The position numbers were made by a program, and so were the translations under genes. A stretch of 64,000 bases of DNA from Chrysomallon squamiferum (taxonomy: Eukaryota > Animalia > Mollusca): NCBI GenBank assembly GCA_012295275.1, contig CM022677.1, positions 15,252,001 to 15,316,000 of the forward strand, in the 5' to 3' direction. Shown piece after piece: positions 1 to 12,774 of the stretch. Every line of letters begins with the position of its first letter. The stretch's first letter is position 1. The notes under the pieces were generated by a model. It was not told the origin of the DNA and searched no databases. It worked only from the letters and a program-made list of their open reading frames with translations.

Positions 1-1740
1 AGAAAGTAAGAAATAATTACAGCAAGTCATTTTCATGGATAATTTCTGATTCTTGTTACTAATTTCTAATTTGACCACATATGCAATCATAAAAGTTAAG
101 AATACAAACATTACAAATCCTTACTAATGTTGTATTAAGCTAAAACATAATGATAATATAATCTAAACAGTTATAATATTGTAATTTTATTTTTAACTTC
201 TTAAAATTATTTCAGTCAGAAAGGATTTTTAAATTCTAACTGTTTAGAACAGAACCAAAACAAAAAAATCATTATATACAACATTACATTAAAACATATT
301 TTATTCACTTTATACAAGTAAATTCAGCAAGTTAATTAATTTTCTATTATATGGTCCATGAATTCATTTTTCTCTTTTTTTTTTCTTTTTACACACTTAT
401 TTTAATTTTTACTTTTGCACTTTACTTTCAAAAAATGTCACATTTGCTTACAACATACATATATATTTTGTTTTCTAATATTCAAGATTGTTAATTTAAT
501 TTCAACATTATTTATTTATTTATTATGATGATGTTGACCATATTTATGAATAATGATGATGATAAAAACAATAGAAAAGTCATTTTGGTATTTTATTTTG
601 TAAATCACTGTTACCCCAGTGCAGTAGGTTTCCCAGCCCTGTATCAAGTACAAGGTACACACCTAGAATTGTATGTGTGTTGCTCCTAGAGTGACAAGAA
701 TGTCATGAAAATTAGTTTTATGTTTGGTGGTGAGTAATCTACTCAAAATAATACTCAAGCAAATAATATTGTTTTGAGTTATTAAGTGATCTGCACTTTA
801 ATAGCTAAAGTATAATCTTTTATTCTGTATTTTGTATTTATTACTATTTGCATGTAATATATAAAAGAGCATTTTGAGAGTTAATTTAATGTTTTCACTA
901 GGATTTATTTATGTTTCAGTATTTTTAAGTTAAACTTTGTTTTATTCAGAGCCTGAAATATGATCAAGAAATGATTTATTGTTATTTCATTTATGTTAAT
1001 GGTGTATTTTAGTAATGGATCTAGATGAGTGATTTTAGGAAATCTGTAGAACAGTTTGTTTAGGAAATTCCAAGCTTTACTTAATAATTATATCAGGGTT
1101 TATTAATCAGTTTTAGAAATATTAATATAGCTATTTAAATATACTAATTCATTTTGTATTCATGCTTCAGTCAAATGTGTTCAACTGCATTTATCTTTTT
1201 TCTTCTGAGAAATTATAAGAAAATTGTCAGGATTTTTTCAGATTAAATTAACATTGAATTAAATTTAAATATTTGTCTTCTTTGATGATTTTATTTTTAT
1301 ATACTGATAATTTTATATACATTTTTCATAAAGCATGTCTATTTGCTTGATATTTTAAATGATGTTAAAGTCAGATAGTACAGAATCAATGTAATAATGG
1401 TTTATGCACCAACAGACCTTGTAATAATTTACATGCCAGTCTAATAGAGCAGTGAACAGAACAGTTGTATGAATTTGTAATTTGCTATTCTTAATATCTC
1501 TAATCTCAGAAAAAAGATAGATTTAATCCAGGTGAAAGATATTTACAATATTAATCTGATTGAAATTAAGAATATAAAAACCTTTTCATTTTAAATTGTA
1601 TGGAAAAATACAAATTTGGACTAAAATTCTTCTTGATAAGAAAGTGAAATGCAGTTAGAGCTCACAACAAATGCTTCTTTCACTTTAATTTGAATTCAGT
1701 TTGCATAGAGGTGTTAATTTTTATAATCATCTTATTTTTA

Positions 1741-2270
1741 TATTATTTAAATCAGGGGAAAATCAGGGTTTTGCAAGGGGTAATCAGTTTTTAAATATAT
1801 TTAAAATTTTGTAATTAGAAGTAATTAGAATTTTTTTTATAAAAACAAATACACAAAAAACATTTCTTCTATCTTTTTCTTTATTATTATTTAAATCAGG
1901 GGCAATCAAGGGTTTGCTCGGGGTAATCAATGTAAATATAACTGAAGATTATGTAATTATGGGTAATTAGTATTTTTTTTTTTTTTATAAAAACAAAAGT
2001 GAAAACATCTTTTTTTTATTTTTAGATCAGGGGAAAAATTATGCAGTTAGTGGTAATTAAATCTTTTTTTTTAAATATTATTTAAATCAAAGGAAAATCA
2101 AAGGTTTTCTGGGGTAATCAATGTAAATATAATTGAAAATTATGTAATTAGGGGTAATCTGAATTTTTTATAAAAAAAGAAAAGGATTTTGATTTCTTTT
2201 TATTATTTAAATCTGGGGAAATTAAGGGTTTGCTGGGGGTAATCATTGTCTAAATATTTTTAATATTATT
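1741..2270 (+). repeat. Degenerate ~125-140 bp tandem repeat (about 4 units); inverted relative at ~49920-50275
   Basis: Core TATTATTTAAATCAGGGGAAAATCA(A)GGGTTTGC..GGGGTAATCA recurs near 1741, 1884, 2077 and 2201. The reverse complement (TGATTACCCC.AGCAAACCCTTGATTTTCCCC..ATTTAAATAATA) occurs three times at 49920-50255. Both arrays lie next to TGCATAGAGG(T). Confidence 0.8.
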
Positions 2271-3146
2271 TTATTATGGATCTTCAAGTTGAAATTACTT
2301 AAAAACCTGGATAGATAGTAAAACTTAAATATTCCGTTGTTTCTGTTTAGACATTTCTGCGAGTTTTTATGATTTGCCTTCCCACTTTAGAAAGAATAAT
2401 ATAATTATTGCAATAAGTAATTTTTAAAAATAGGAAGTAATAATTTAAAACCAATAAAAAATAAAATAAAAAGAGAAAAAAATGTACATAAATGAAATTT
2501 TTCTGAGTATTTTATAATTTGCTGTTTACATTTTGGAAAAATTCAAAAAGTTAGTTAAAAAATGTGCAAATGGAAATGTCTTCCAAGTATTTTATAATCT
2601 GTATTTTCTCCTTAAAAAATGAAGTACAATTTGGTATTTAATATATTTCCAAGCTGCATGCCAATTAAAGCTGATTTGTTTGTACAAAAATTCGAATACA
2701 GATTCAAATTTTCATTTTTTATTCTAAGAGATATTGTAAGATTATGCAAATTCAGTACTTTAGATATTTTTAGCAATGTTCGGAGTTTTTGCTTAACAAT
2801 AAAATATAACCAGGTTATGTTACATAAATGGGTGGCAGTAAATATTTAAAAAAAAGAAAATAGTATTTGTTCTTAACTGTTTTAAATCCTGACATTTGCA
2901 AATTCAAACTCATTGAATCTTATCTAAAAACAATAATGAAAATGGAAAAGATTTCTGAAATTATTTCAGTTTCTTAACATTAAAAATGTTAAGGCACATT
3001 CAAATAATTTAAAACAAAAATAAATAAAGAAAGAATAGTCTTTGTGTTTTTTTTTTTATTATGTATATATAGATCAACGTCTTGTGTATTTGTTATCAAC
3101 TAGCAAAAGATAATCTGACATAATCTTTATTTATATATATACTTCT

Positions 3147-3150
<4 letters not shown>

Positions 3151-3198
<48 letters not shown>
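3151..3198. repeat. (CT)n microsatellite
   Basis: Perfect dinucleotide run; one of many (AG/CT, AC/GT, AT, AAT, AGT, ATC) runs in the window. Confidence 0.95.
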
Positions 3199-3200
<2 letters not shown>

Positions 3201-3734
3201 CTCAGTCTTTTTTGTATATTTGCAAACACGTTAAAGTTATGTCAAGCTAAATTTGATTTACTACATTTAGACGAATTTAGCCAATTCTTTAAAATTATTT
3301 AGAGCGAAATATTTCAATAGTACCATATATTAACTCCAACAGTTCATAAAGAGCCAATTTCCATTATTTGTTTTTGTTTATTTGAGTTATTATTATTACT
3401 TAATTATTGTAAAATTCCTATTTTGCTAAAAACTTTTTTTTTTCGATTTGTCCCTTGAATAAAAACAATGAATTTTTCATATAAATTTTGAGCAGTCAAG
3501 ATCACTCTGCATGATGTTACTAATCAAACTGAAGTTTGTTAAATAAGAAATATAATTACAATAACATTTTAAGACAAAACTAAACACCACTTTTTTAACA
3601 GTGAATTCTAATAATGAATTATAGTGACATATGCCTTTAAGATTTTGTACTATGAACCCATTTTACTTTTATTTGATGTCATAGGCTGTCATAATGACGC
3701 CATAATCAAGCAAATTAATGTTTAATTCTTTAAA

Positions 3735-3786
<52 letters not shown>

Positions 3787-4914
3787 GACATACATAATTT
3801 CATTTTCATTTCTTTAAAATAAAAAATACTACAAATCTATTTTTAAAAAAACTTGGTTTTATTAGTTCTAAAATTATTTTTTTAATCTGATTCATTTCAG
3901 CTATCTACAAATATCTGTTAATGTTAACAACAATTCAAAATCAAGACAATAATATAAGAATAAATCATTAAAACAATTAATAATTCTGTTTTTTATCTCT
4001 ATTTTTATCTAATTTTTCTGGGGGTTTTTGAAAAGACAACAACACCCAAAACACTTGGAACTTGTAATTATTTATACATAAACAAGGACACTGTCTTTCA
4101 CATGCAGCTGTTTCTCACAGAAAACATATATGTAATAACTCATCCTTTCACATTCACATCTGTCTGTCTTTCTGTCTGTATCTATGTCTGCATCGATTTC
4201 TCGTACATACCCATGCCTCAGATAACACAAAAATTATAATTTCCTTCAGCACACATATACACACATACACTCACACACAACTTGTGTGTATGTAATATAT
4301 ATATATATATATACCCATTTTCTTTTTCTAACAGCCAATACGCATACCCACGTCAGTTCGTGTTTCTCTATCAGTCCATAAATTCTACACAGTTTTAACA
4401 ATTTTTCTGTCGCCACCTGCATCTCTCAATGAACAGTCCAAACTACTTATTATTATTGTTCTATCTTTATCTTTGTGCATCTCGATTATGTCATCAATTT
4501 TACAGTCTACCACGTAAAACAAGTTTCCGAGGCGAAGACACTGTTAAATAAAAAATACAGGAAAAGGTGAAGAATTCGAAATAAATATAAAAATAAATAT
4601 TATTTTTCCTGATTCTACATTTTGCTTTATAAACTGCGCTGCTGGATAAGCTTAATATTTCTTTCTTTAATTGTTTACTACTGATAATATCTTTTCATGG
4701 CTCTCTAAAACAAATTTTTATAAAACTATACATATATTTATTTATTTATTTATTTATTTATATTTTTTTTTTTCGTTCTTGAGAAATACAGAAGGCCTTT
4801 CACATAAACTTTATTTGCTACTATGTAGTCACGTACTTACCTTCTAATTAACGGTTCTATTTTGTAAACTCTTCAGAAGATGAAATATGTTTCATTATTT
4901 TCTGCAAGTGATTA

Positions 4915-5335
4915 TGTGCGTGTGTGCGTGTGTCTGTGTGTCCATATCTGTCTGTCTGTATAAAAATGTAAACGTATCTTATTTAAATTTATTTTATGAA
5001 TATGAATGTGTACGTAAAGTGCCTTTTGAAAACTGCGAATGTGAAAAAGGAAATATTTGTATTGAAATGTACGCAAACCAATAAAAACATGTTCCTTATA
5101 TCAATTCAAGTCTTTTGTTTTATGATTTACAGTTAGCGATCAAATGAGTTGAGAGAATTTACATTATCCTCACTTGAATAAATCACAGTTGTTTTCACAC
5201 GAGTGTTTACAATAATCATGTTCTATGAAAAGGGATACATTTTCAGAGATAGGTTTGATGCTGAAGTGTGCACTTGTTTAACCAACACAGCACTGATTTT
5301 CTGAGACTACTGGGTTCAAGATAAATAAACTGTAA
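4915..5335 (+). repeat. ~420 bp dispersed duplication, copy 1 (copy 2 at ~28355-28772)
   Basis: Long near-identical stretches shared with 28355-28772, e.g. ATAAAAACATGTTCCTTATATCAATTCA, GAGAATTTACATTATCCTCACTTGAA, CACAGTTGTTTTCACACGAGTGTTTACAATAATCATGTTCTATGAAAA and CCAACACAGCACTGATTTTCTGAGACTA. Confidence 0.9.
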
Positions 5336-5379
5336 TGAAAATTACAAACAACTTTTCTTGCGTTCAAATCCTATACTAA

Positions 5380-5885
5380 AGTGTATTATTACTATTTCTA
5401 TTAATATCACCATAGTTGCTGTCCTTGTTCCTAGCTTTGTTGCTGTAATTCTCATTATTGTTTAGCGCTTTTTATTAGTCATTACTCATACTTTCTGAGT
5501 ATTAAATTGTATTATTGTAATTTCTATTAATGTCGCCGTCGTTGCCGTAGTACCGGCATAGTTCCTAACGTAGTTATTAGAGTGCTTCTCAGTGTTCTTC
5601 TTTGTTCTTTATCACCTATTATTCCTATTTCTTATCTTTGCGCATCCTGTATTAAAATATATTATTAATACATCTTTATTATTAGTGTTAACGTTGGAGA
5701 CGCTGCTGTCGTACCTGTGTTCTCCTTCAAGGCTTGGTGTTTATTATTCTTTTTCGCATTTTACGATTCTTACTTTCCTGCAGTGCGTATCCAGAATTGA
5801 AATTACTGTTGTTATTACTGATATCACCACTAATTTACTGCTATTTCTACTCATCTGCCGCCGTCTCTTCATCGATACTATCGCC
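5380..5885 (+). repeat. Degenerate ~130-137 bp repeat family (also at ~21420-21745 and ~55885-56260)
   Basis: Recurrent core TTTCTATTAAT(G)..CGCCGTC.TT.CC..(A)GCATTGTTC.TAAC at 5395 and 5521, 21483, 21611 and 21697, and 55930, ~56069 and 56203. Confidence 0.65.
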
Positions 5886-5887
5886 AT

Positions 5888-8185
5888 TACTACTAATCTC
5901 TCACTGTTACTTCAGCAATACTACTTCTGGTACTACTAATCTCTCACTGTTACTTCAGCGATACTACTTCTGTGTCACTGTTACTTCAGCAATACTACTT
6001 CTGGTACTACTAATCTCTCACTGTTACTTCAGCAATACTACTTCTGTGTCACTGTTACTTCAGCAATACTACTTCTGGTACTACTAATATCTCACTGTTA
6101 CTTCAGCAATACTACTTCTGTGTCACTGTTACTTCAGCAATACTACTTCTGTGTCACTGTTACTTCAGCAATACTACTTCTGTGTCATTGTTACTTCAGC
6201 AATACTACTTCTGGTACTACTAATCTCTCAGTTACTTCAGCAATACTACTTCTGTGTCACTGTTACTTCAGCAATACTACTTCTGTATCACTGTTACTTC
6301 AGCAATACTACTTCTGTGTCACTCTTACTTCAGCAATACTACTTCTGGTACTACTAATCTCTCACTGTTACTTCAGCAATACTACCTCTGATACTACTAA
6401 TCTCTCACTGTTATTTCAGCGATACTACGTATTACTATTAATCTCTCACTGTTAGTTCAGCAATACTACTTCTGGTACTACTAATCTCTCACTGTTGCTT
6501 CAGCAATACTACTTCTGGTACTACTAATCTCTCACTGTCACTTCAGCAATACTACTTCTGGTACTACTAATCTCTCACTGTTGCTTCAGCAATACTACTT
6601 CTGATACTACTAATCTCTCACTGTTGCTTCAGCAATACTACTTCTGATACTACTAATCTCTCACTGTCACTTCAGCAATACTACTTCTGGTACTACTAAT
6701 CTCTCACTGTTACTTCAGCGATACTACGTATTACTACTAATCTCTCACTGTTACTTCAGCAATACTACTTCTGATACTACTAATCTCTCACTGTTACTTC
6801 AGCAATACTACTTCTGATACTACTAATCTCTCACTGTCACTTCAGCAATACTACTTCTGGTACTACTAATCTCTCACTGTCCCTTCAGCAATACTACTTC
6901 TGATACTACTAATCTCTCACTGTCCCTTCAGCAATACTACTTCTGATACTACTAATCTCTCACTGTCACTTGAGCAATACTACTTCTGATACTACTAATC
7001 TCTCACTGTTACTTCAGCAATACTACTGCTGGTACTACTAATCTCTCACTGTTACTTCATCAATACTACTTCTGATACTACTAATCTCTCACTGTCACTT
7101 CAGCAAAACTACTTCTGGTACTACTAATCTCTCACTGTTACTTCAGCAATACTACTTCTGATACTACTAATCTCTCACTGTTACTTCAGCAATAACTTCA
7201 GCAATACTACTTCTGATACTACTAATCTCTCACTGTTACTTCAGCAATACTACTTCTGGTACTACTAATCTCTCACTGTCCCTTCAGCAATACTACTTCT
7301 GATACTACTAAATACTACTTCAGCGATACTGATACTACTAATCTCTCACTGTCACTTCAGCGATACTACTTCTGGTACTACTAATCTCTCACTGTCCCTT
7401 CAGCAATACTACTTCTGATACTACTAATCTCTCACTGTTACTTCAGCAATACTACTGCTGGTACTACTAATCTCTCACTGTTACTTCAGCAATACTACTT
7501 CTGGTACTACTAATCTCTCACTGTTACTTCAGCAATACTACTTCTGTTACTACTGATCTCTCACTTACTTCAGCAATACTACTTCTGGTACTACTAATGT
7601 GTCACTGTTACTTCAGCAATATGACTGCTATTACTGCTAATCTCTCACTGTTACTTCAGCGATACTACTGTATTACTAGTAATCTTTCACTGTTACTTCA
7701 GCGATACTACTGTATTACTAGTAATCTATCACTGTTACTTCGGCGATACTACTGTATTACTAGTAATCTATCACTGTTACTTCAGCGATACTACTGCTAT
7801 TGTTACTAATCTACCATTGTTATTCAGCGATACTACTGATATTACTACTAATCACTTTTACTTCAGCAATACCACTGCTATTATTACTAATCTATCAGTT
7901 ACTTCAGCAATATTACGTTATTATTACTAATCTGTCACGGTTACATCAGCCATACTACTAATATTACCACTAATCTGTGACTGCTACTTCAGAGATATTA
8001 CTGATATTACTACTAATATGTCACTGTTACTTCAGATATATTACTGATATTACTACTAATATGTCACTATTATTTCAACCATAATACTGCTATTACTACT
8101 AATGTGTCACTGATCTTACTAATATTTCAACCATACTACTGCTATTACTACTAATCTGCCACTGTTATTTCAACCATACTACCGA
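5888..8185. repeat. Minisatellite with a 43-bp unit (and a 31-bp truncated variant), ~2.3 kb
   Basis: Unit CTACTAATCTCTCACTGTTACTTCAGCAATACTACTTCTG(G/A)TA; short variant GTGTCACTGTTACTTCAGCAATACTACTTCT concentrated at 5970-6340; units diverge progressively after ~7600. Unit lengths are not multiples of 3, so the overlapping ORFs are artefacts. Confidence 0.95.
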
Positions 8186-8427
8186 TATATAAATGGAATA
8201 TAAAACATGCTTTATAACTTTAGAAATGTGCTGTTTAATGCTTTACTGTTGGGTTATCAATATACCTAATGTAATTCATTAGCCATAAAGTTCCACTAAA
8301 TCATTAACAACTGAATGTTTTTGTTTTTTATGGGGGTTTTGGGTTGTTTTTTTTAAGAGAAATCCTTAATATTATTTGAGTCATTTTTCACTTTTGTAGG
8401 CAGAGAAGTATAATTATTGCTTGTTAA

Positions 8428-8575
8428 CTGGACATAAGACATTTGTTTCACATGCTTCTTGAAGATTCCTCTTCGTAGCATGTTCTTATCTCAAATCTTA
8501 TTCTAGTGCCTCTACCACATGTTTCACTACAACTACCCAGTCTCTGAAGTGTCCATGCAGACCAGACACCATCAA
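8428..8575 (-). pseudogene. Degenerate thrombospondin type-1 (TSP1/TSR) repeat exon
   Basis: After acceptor ttatag it reads (V)DGVWSAWTLQRLGSCSETCGRGTRIRFEIRTC, then frameshifts to QEACETNVLCP. Carries the TSR signature WSxW, CSxTCG and RxR, but the central loop appears deleted. Paralogue starts at 52423. Confidence 0.8.
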
Positions 8576-8729
8576 CTATAAGCGTGAAATTAAATAAATA
8601 AATTAATATAAAAATAAATATATTAAAAATGAATTAAATATTCTTTAATTGCGCTTGAATATTAAATATTCTTAAATATCTTTAAGACAGGTTATTGATC
8701 AGATATGCAAAATTATCTATGAATTAATG

Positions 8730-9421
8730 CAGTGGTTCTCAATCATTTTTTGCCAACGGCACACCTGGCTAAATATATATGAAAAATATTTGAATTTTGT
8801 AAAGTCATAGACGGCATACAACCATAGACCCAGACTAGTCATAGACACATAGAATAACTCAAACCAAATAAAGAAAAACACAGCTATACTTCACTGCAGT
8901 GTTTCGAATGTTATCAGTCAAATAGCTGGCTTCTTTAGTGAGAAATTTGTGTCTGGCATTTTTTCATAATTTCCTCAGTGTTTGGTCGAATATGAGACAG
9001 ACACACCCTCATTTCTTCTTTCGTTGTAGTAATCTCTCGTACTTCATGTTTTTGATGTTGCCTAATTCTCATATATAAGGAGTTGAAAATTGTAATAAAA
9101 TTGCTAAAACTCTTTTACATAATATGGGATACACCTCTTGTATTGAAATCCAAAATGAATCAATGGGCAGAGTCGAATGTTTTAATTTTAAGGTCATTAG
9201 AAAGGGCGGCCAATTCTTCTTCTTCCTGTAACTCAAGTTCAATGTTGGAAGAATGGGCAACTAACTTGTCTGTTGAAGTGAGAATATTTTCGTTTTTACC
9301 TTGCATTCTACTGTTTGTTTTATTTTGGGATCACGTGGTTTTTCGCATTTTCTTAGTGTGCCGTTCAAAATTTTGCGGCACACATAGGAAGATCTCGTGG
9401 CACACTGGTTGAGAATCACTG
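8730..9421 (-). mobile_element. Non-autonomous hAT (Buster/Charlie, ZBED8/FAM200-like) deletion derivative, 692 bp
   Basis: TIRs CAGTGGTTCTCAA ... TTGAGAATCACTG (1 mismatch). Perfect 8-bp TSD AATTAATG at 8722-8729 and 9422-9429, with the Buster-type central TA. Minus strand encodes a transposase C-terminus (FWISIQEVYPILCKRVLAILLQFSTPYI*...EMRVCLSHIRPN...QTQISH*). Empty site in the paralogue at ~52652. Confidence 0.93.
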
Positions 9422-9798
9422 AATTAATGTTATACTAATCATGTTATAAGGCAGAATATTGATAAACATTATTTACACCTCAAAGTATTTGTGTAAACTG
9501 TTTAACAAGTATAAATTGATTGACAAGATAAATATATGTAATTATTTAAAATCATATTACAAAAATCATTTTTAAAATCTCGAATAATGCTTGCAGGAGG
9601 CACTGGATTGGAAAATGGATGAAAAACCAATAAAAAAATAAACAAAGAAATGCATAGCTTAATTTATGTGTTTGTTGTGTATGTGTGTTTTTGTATGCAA
9701 ATGTGTGCACCAACACCAATCATGGATTCATATATATTCTATTTATACTCGTGAATATTCAGTCGATTTTCAGAAGCTTACCTCTAATCGACACATAA

Positions 9799-10908
9799 CG
9801 GGGTATGACCCATGTTATATACAGAGTGGCCCAGATGTAACCGAACCTGAATTGTTATGAAAAGTTACAGTTAAATGAAACAAATTTTATTTCATATAGT
9901 TACAGCAAATGTTCAAAATGCAAACCATTATTTGACATACAATGATGACATCAATGGTTGATTCAGTTACTTTTTTGCGCATTTCCGTGAAGCAGACTTG
10001 AAATCAGTGATCATCGATTGAGCTTTCGGGTTCGGTTACATCTGGGCCATCCTGTATAAAGAAAGTGATGTTTCCACAATATTTCGTAGATGAATCTGGA
10101 ATCGGAAAGTACTGCTGATGTCTCCAAAAACTGAAATTCAATCCCACGATCTCACGCACATGAAAATGCTTACAAGAAACATTGTTTCAACTTGGTTCAT
10201 TTATTTCATGGATGTGAGGTACATAAGGGGTACTAGGGCAGAGGGGCAGGGGCCATGCGTTTTTATTTCTTAAACTATTTTTGTTATTGTTCTGCTGTTA
10301 TAATCTTCTATTATGTGAATAATGTTTTTATTAGAATTATTTTTTCTTAACTTCGCTGAACAATTAAATAGCATATCTTTAGCACTTAACTAAATGAATT
10401 AAATGAAACATAAATCTAAATTAGAAACTACATCATTCTTTTTTATTTCAGTTTTTTCAAAACTCTAATCGATATCATTTTTACTTTATTTAGTGAGTAC
10501 ATCTCACGTAAGGGAGATAACTCTAATCGATATAATTTCCACTTTGCTTAGTGAGTACATCTCACGTAAGGGACCTAACTCTAATCTATGTTTGTCAGCA
10601 CATATCACTAAACTGTAATCATTATAGCCTTTACTTCGCCGAGTAAACTCCTCCCACCTCTGGTGACACATCACCGGGTATGACCCATGTTATATATTAA
10701 GAAAGTGATGTTTCCACAATATTTCGTAGATGAATCTGGAATCGGAAAGTACTGCTGATGTCTCCAAAAACGCCGACATTCAATCCCACGATCTCACACG
10801 TGAACATGCTTACAAGAAACATTAAAGTTTGAACTTGGTTCAGTACCTTCACAAGCTGTGAGGGTGGGGTACTAGGGCAGGGGGGTAGGGGCCATGCGTT
10901 TTTATTTC
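9799..10908 (+). repeat. Local direct duplication (9799-10268 vs 10676-10908)
   Basis: Shared GGGTATGACCCATGTTATATA, AAGAAAGTGATGTTTCCACAATATTTCGTAGATGAATCTGGAATCGGAAAGTACTGCTGATGTCTCCAAAAA and GGGGCCATGCGTTTTTATTTC. Confidence 0.92.
9822..10054 (-). mobile_element. Tc1/mariner-type internally deleted element (MITE-like), 233 bp
   Basis: 26-bp TIRs CAGAGTGGCCCAGATGTAACCGAACC / GGTTCGGTTACATCTGGGCCATCCTG, flanked by TA on both sides. Minus strand keeps a transposase tail ...EMRKKVTESTID/CHHCMSNNGLHFEHLL*. Empty site in the adjacent duplicate at ~10686-10707. Confidence 0.9.
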
Positions 10909-10980
10909 AACTATGTTTCTTCTATATTGTTTTCTTGGATATTGTTCTCCCCTTTCTTACATTATAAAAGGGTTTATCAG

Positions 10981-11305
10981 ATAACTCTCTATAGAGGAAT
11001 ATGTTCGTTTTAACCTGAATAATCAAGAGAAAAATGTAACAAATGGGAGATAAATCTATATAGGAATATGTTCGTTTTAACCTCAATAATCAAGAGAAAA
11101 ATGTAACAAAGGGGAGATAAATCTATATAGGAATATATTCGTTTTAACCTGAATAATCAAGAGAAAAATATAACAAAGGGGAGATAAATCTATATAGGAA
11201 TATATTCATTTTAACCTGAATAATCAAGGAGAAAAATGTAACAAAGGAGACATAACTCTATCTGAGAGGTTATTCGTTTCATGTTAAAGGGAGATAACTC
11301 TATAT
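10981..11305. repeat. ~66-bp minisatellite (about 4 units) carrying AAGGGAGATAA(CTCT)
   Basis: Unit AGGAATAT(G/A)TTCGTTTTAACCTGAATAATCAAGAGAAAAATGTAACAAAGGGGAGATAAATCTATAT. The same motif occurs in a two-unit repeat at ~10461-10587 and at ~11287. Confidence 0.85.
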
Positions 11306-12774
11306 GTCAATATATTCGCTTGTGATTAATGTTCATGTATATTTTCAACCAGTGGAATCCAATAATTTAACTGAATTTAATTAGTGGACACTAATTATAG
11401 ATCAGATGGAAATATTTATAGGATATTCTTTTTTTGTTATATTAATATATCAATATCTAAAAGGTAAATAGCATCTTTTTTATATTAATAATAATAATTC
11501 AATGTTGAAAATATCTAATTTGTTGAAATCTAAAATTTACAAAAAGAAAATGTACATTTTGATTTAACTCTGAACTTGAAATATGATAAGGAAAGTGAGA
11601 ACTTAAAAATACAAGAATTGTTTTCTACATTATACTTTTGTCTGATGGTAAAAGGAGAAAGAAATGAATATTTGTTATATTAAATATAATAAACAATAAA
11701 ATATTTCTTAATAATAGTTACCAGCGAATATATTTGATACAAATAGAGTTATTGAATTTTCCAAAGTTTTTAAAATGAAAACGAATAGTATTTTGATTCG
11801 GATGGAGTTATGTTCCCTTTTAATTATTTAATAATTTAAAGAGGGTTTTTTTTACACTTAACTAAATGAATTAAATGAAACAGAAATCTAAATTACAAAA
11901 ATACATCATCATTTTTTTATTTCCTTTTTCAAAATTTGTTTTGTTGTTGTTAATCCGGTATCATTATCCATTATTCATAATGGTTATATTCTATTCCTAT
12001 TACTTGTTATATTGACTAATTATTATTAATGGACAACAGTTTATGCATTCTCTGTTAGTTTATTTCACATATTTAAAATGTTAGATCGTTATACTTTGTC
12101 TATGAAATGGACAACAGAGTTATTTTAGACTACTTTGTCTATGAAATTGACTAATTAGTATTATTAGTAGTAGTAGTAGTAGTATCTGTTTGTGCATTCT
12201 TAGTTTATTTCATATATTTAAAATGTTTCTTTACTAAAAACTTAATATTTATTCATTCATACTATTTTAAAGAAAATTACGAATTTAATTCTATTTTGAT
12301 ACGTGTTTTTATATATATTATTATTTATTATGATTAGAGAAAGAGAGATTTGGGTTTCACTACGACTAAGATTGTACGTTTTCATGAAAATTTCATTTCA
12401 CTGTAAAAATGTAGCATAAAAATTTCAATTACATATAAATACATTTTTTTCTGCCATTTATTACTGACACAATTAAATTTCACAGATATAATGATTTCTA
12501 GAGCGCGGAATGCAACATCAGTTCAGGTGTTTAACAGTGTAATTAAGTGTGTTTGTGTGTGTGTGTGTGTGTCATCTTTCTTTCATTTTTGTTTTTATTT
12601 TTGTTGTTGATATTATTGCTAACACTGTTATTTTTTTTACTGTGGTACATAATTATTACTATTTTTATTATTGTTATTATTGCTAATATTGGTGTTATAG
12701 CTGTTGCTTTTGCTGTTGGTTAATTTTGCTTTAGGCAGAATTGTTAAGTTTGTGTGGAGAGAAGAAATCGAGTT

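Larger units (their letters stand above)
8212..9786 (+). repeat. Segmental duplication of ~52032-53037, interrupted here by a hAT insertion
   Basis: Colinear matches: TTATAACTT.AGAA.TGTGCTGT.TAATG, CCTAATGTAATTCATT.GCC.TAAAGTTCCAC.AAATCATTAACAACTGAAT, the TSP1 exon, GGCACTGGATTGGAAAATGG, ending at TTCAGAAGCTTACCTCTA. Confidence 0.9.

Noticed and set aside
3231-3640. Possible Kolobok-like non-autonomous element (TTAAAG..ATGTCA ... TGACATATGCCTTTAA)
   Set aside because: The terminal match is short and gapped in very AT-rich DNA; not supportable without other copies.
5592-7809. Repetitive ORFs (SLLLQQYYFWYY / HCYFSNTTS) suggesting a repeat protein or a CRISPR-like array
   Set aside because: The 43- and 31-bp units shift frame every repeat and there are no unique spacers; this is a plain minisatellite.
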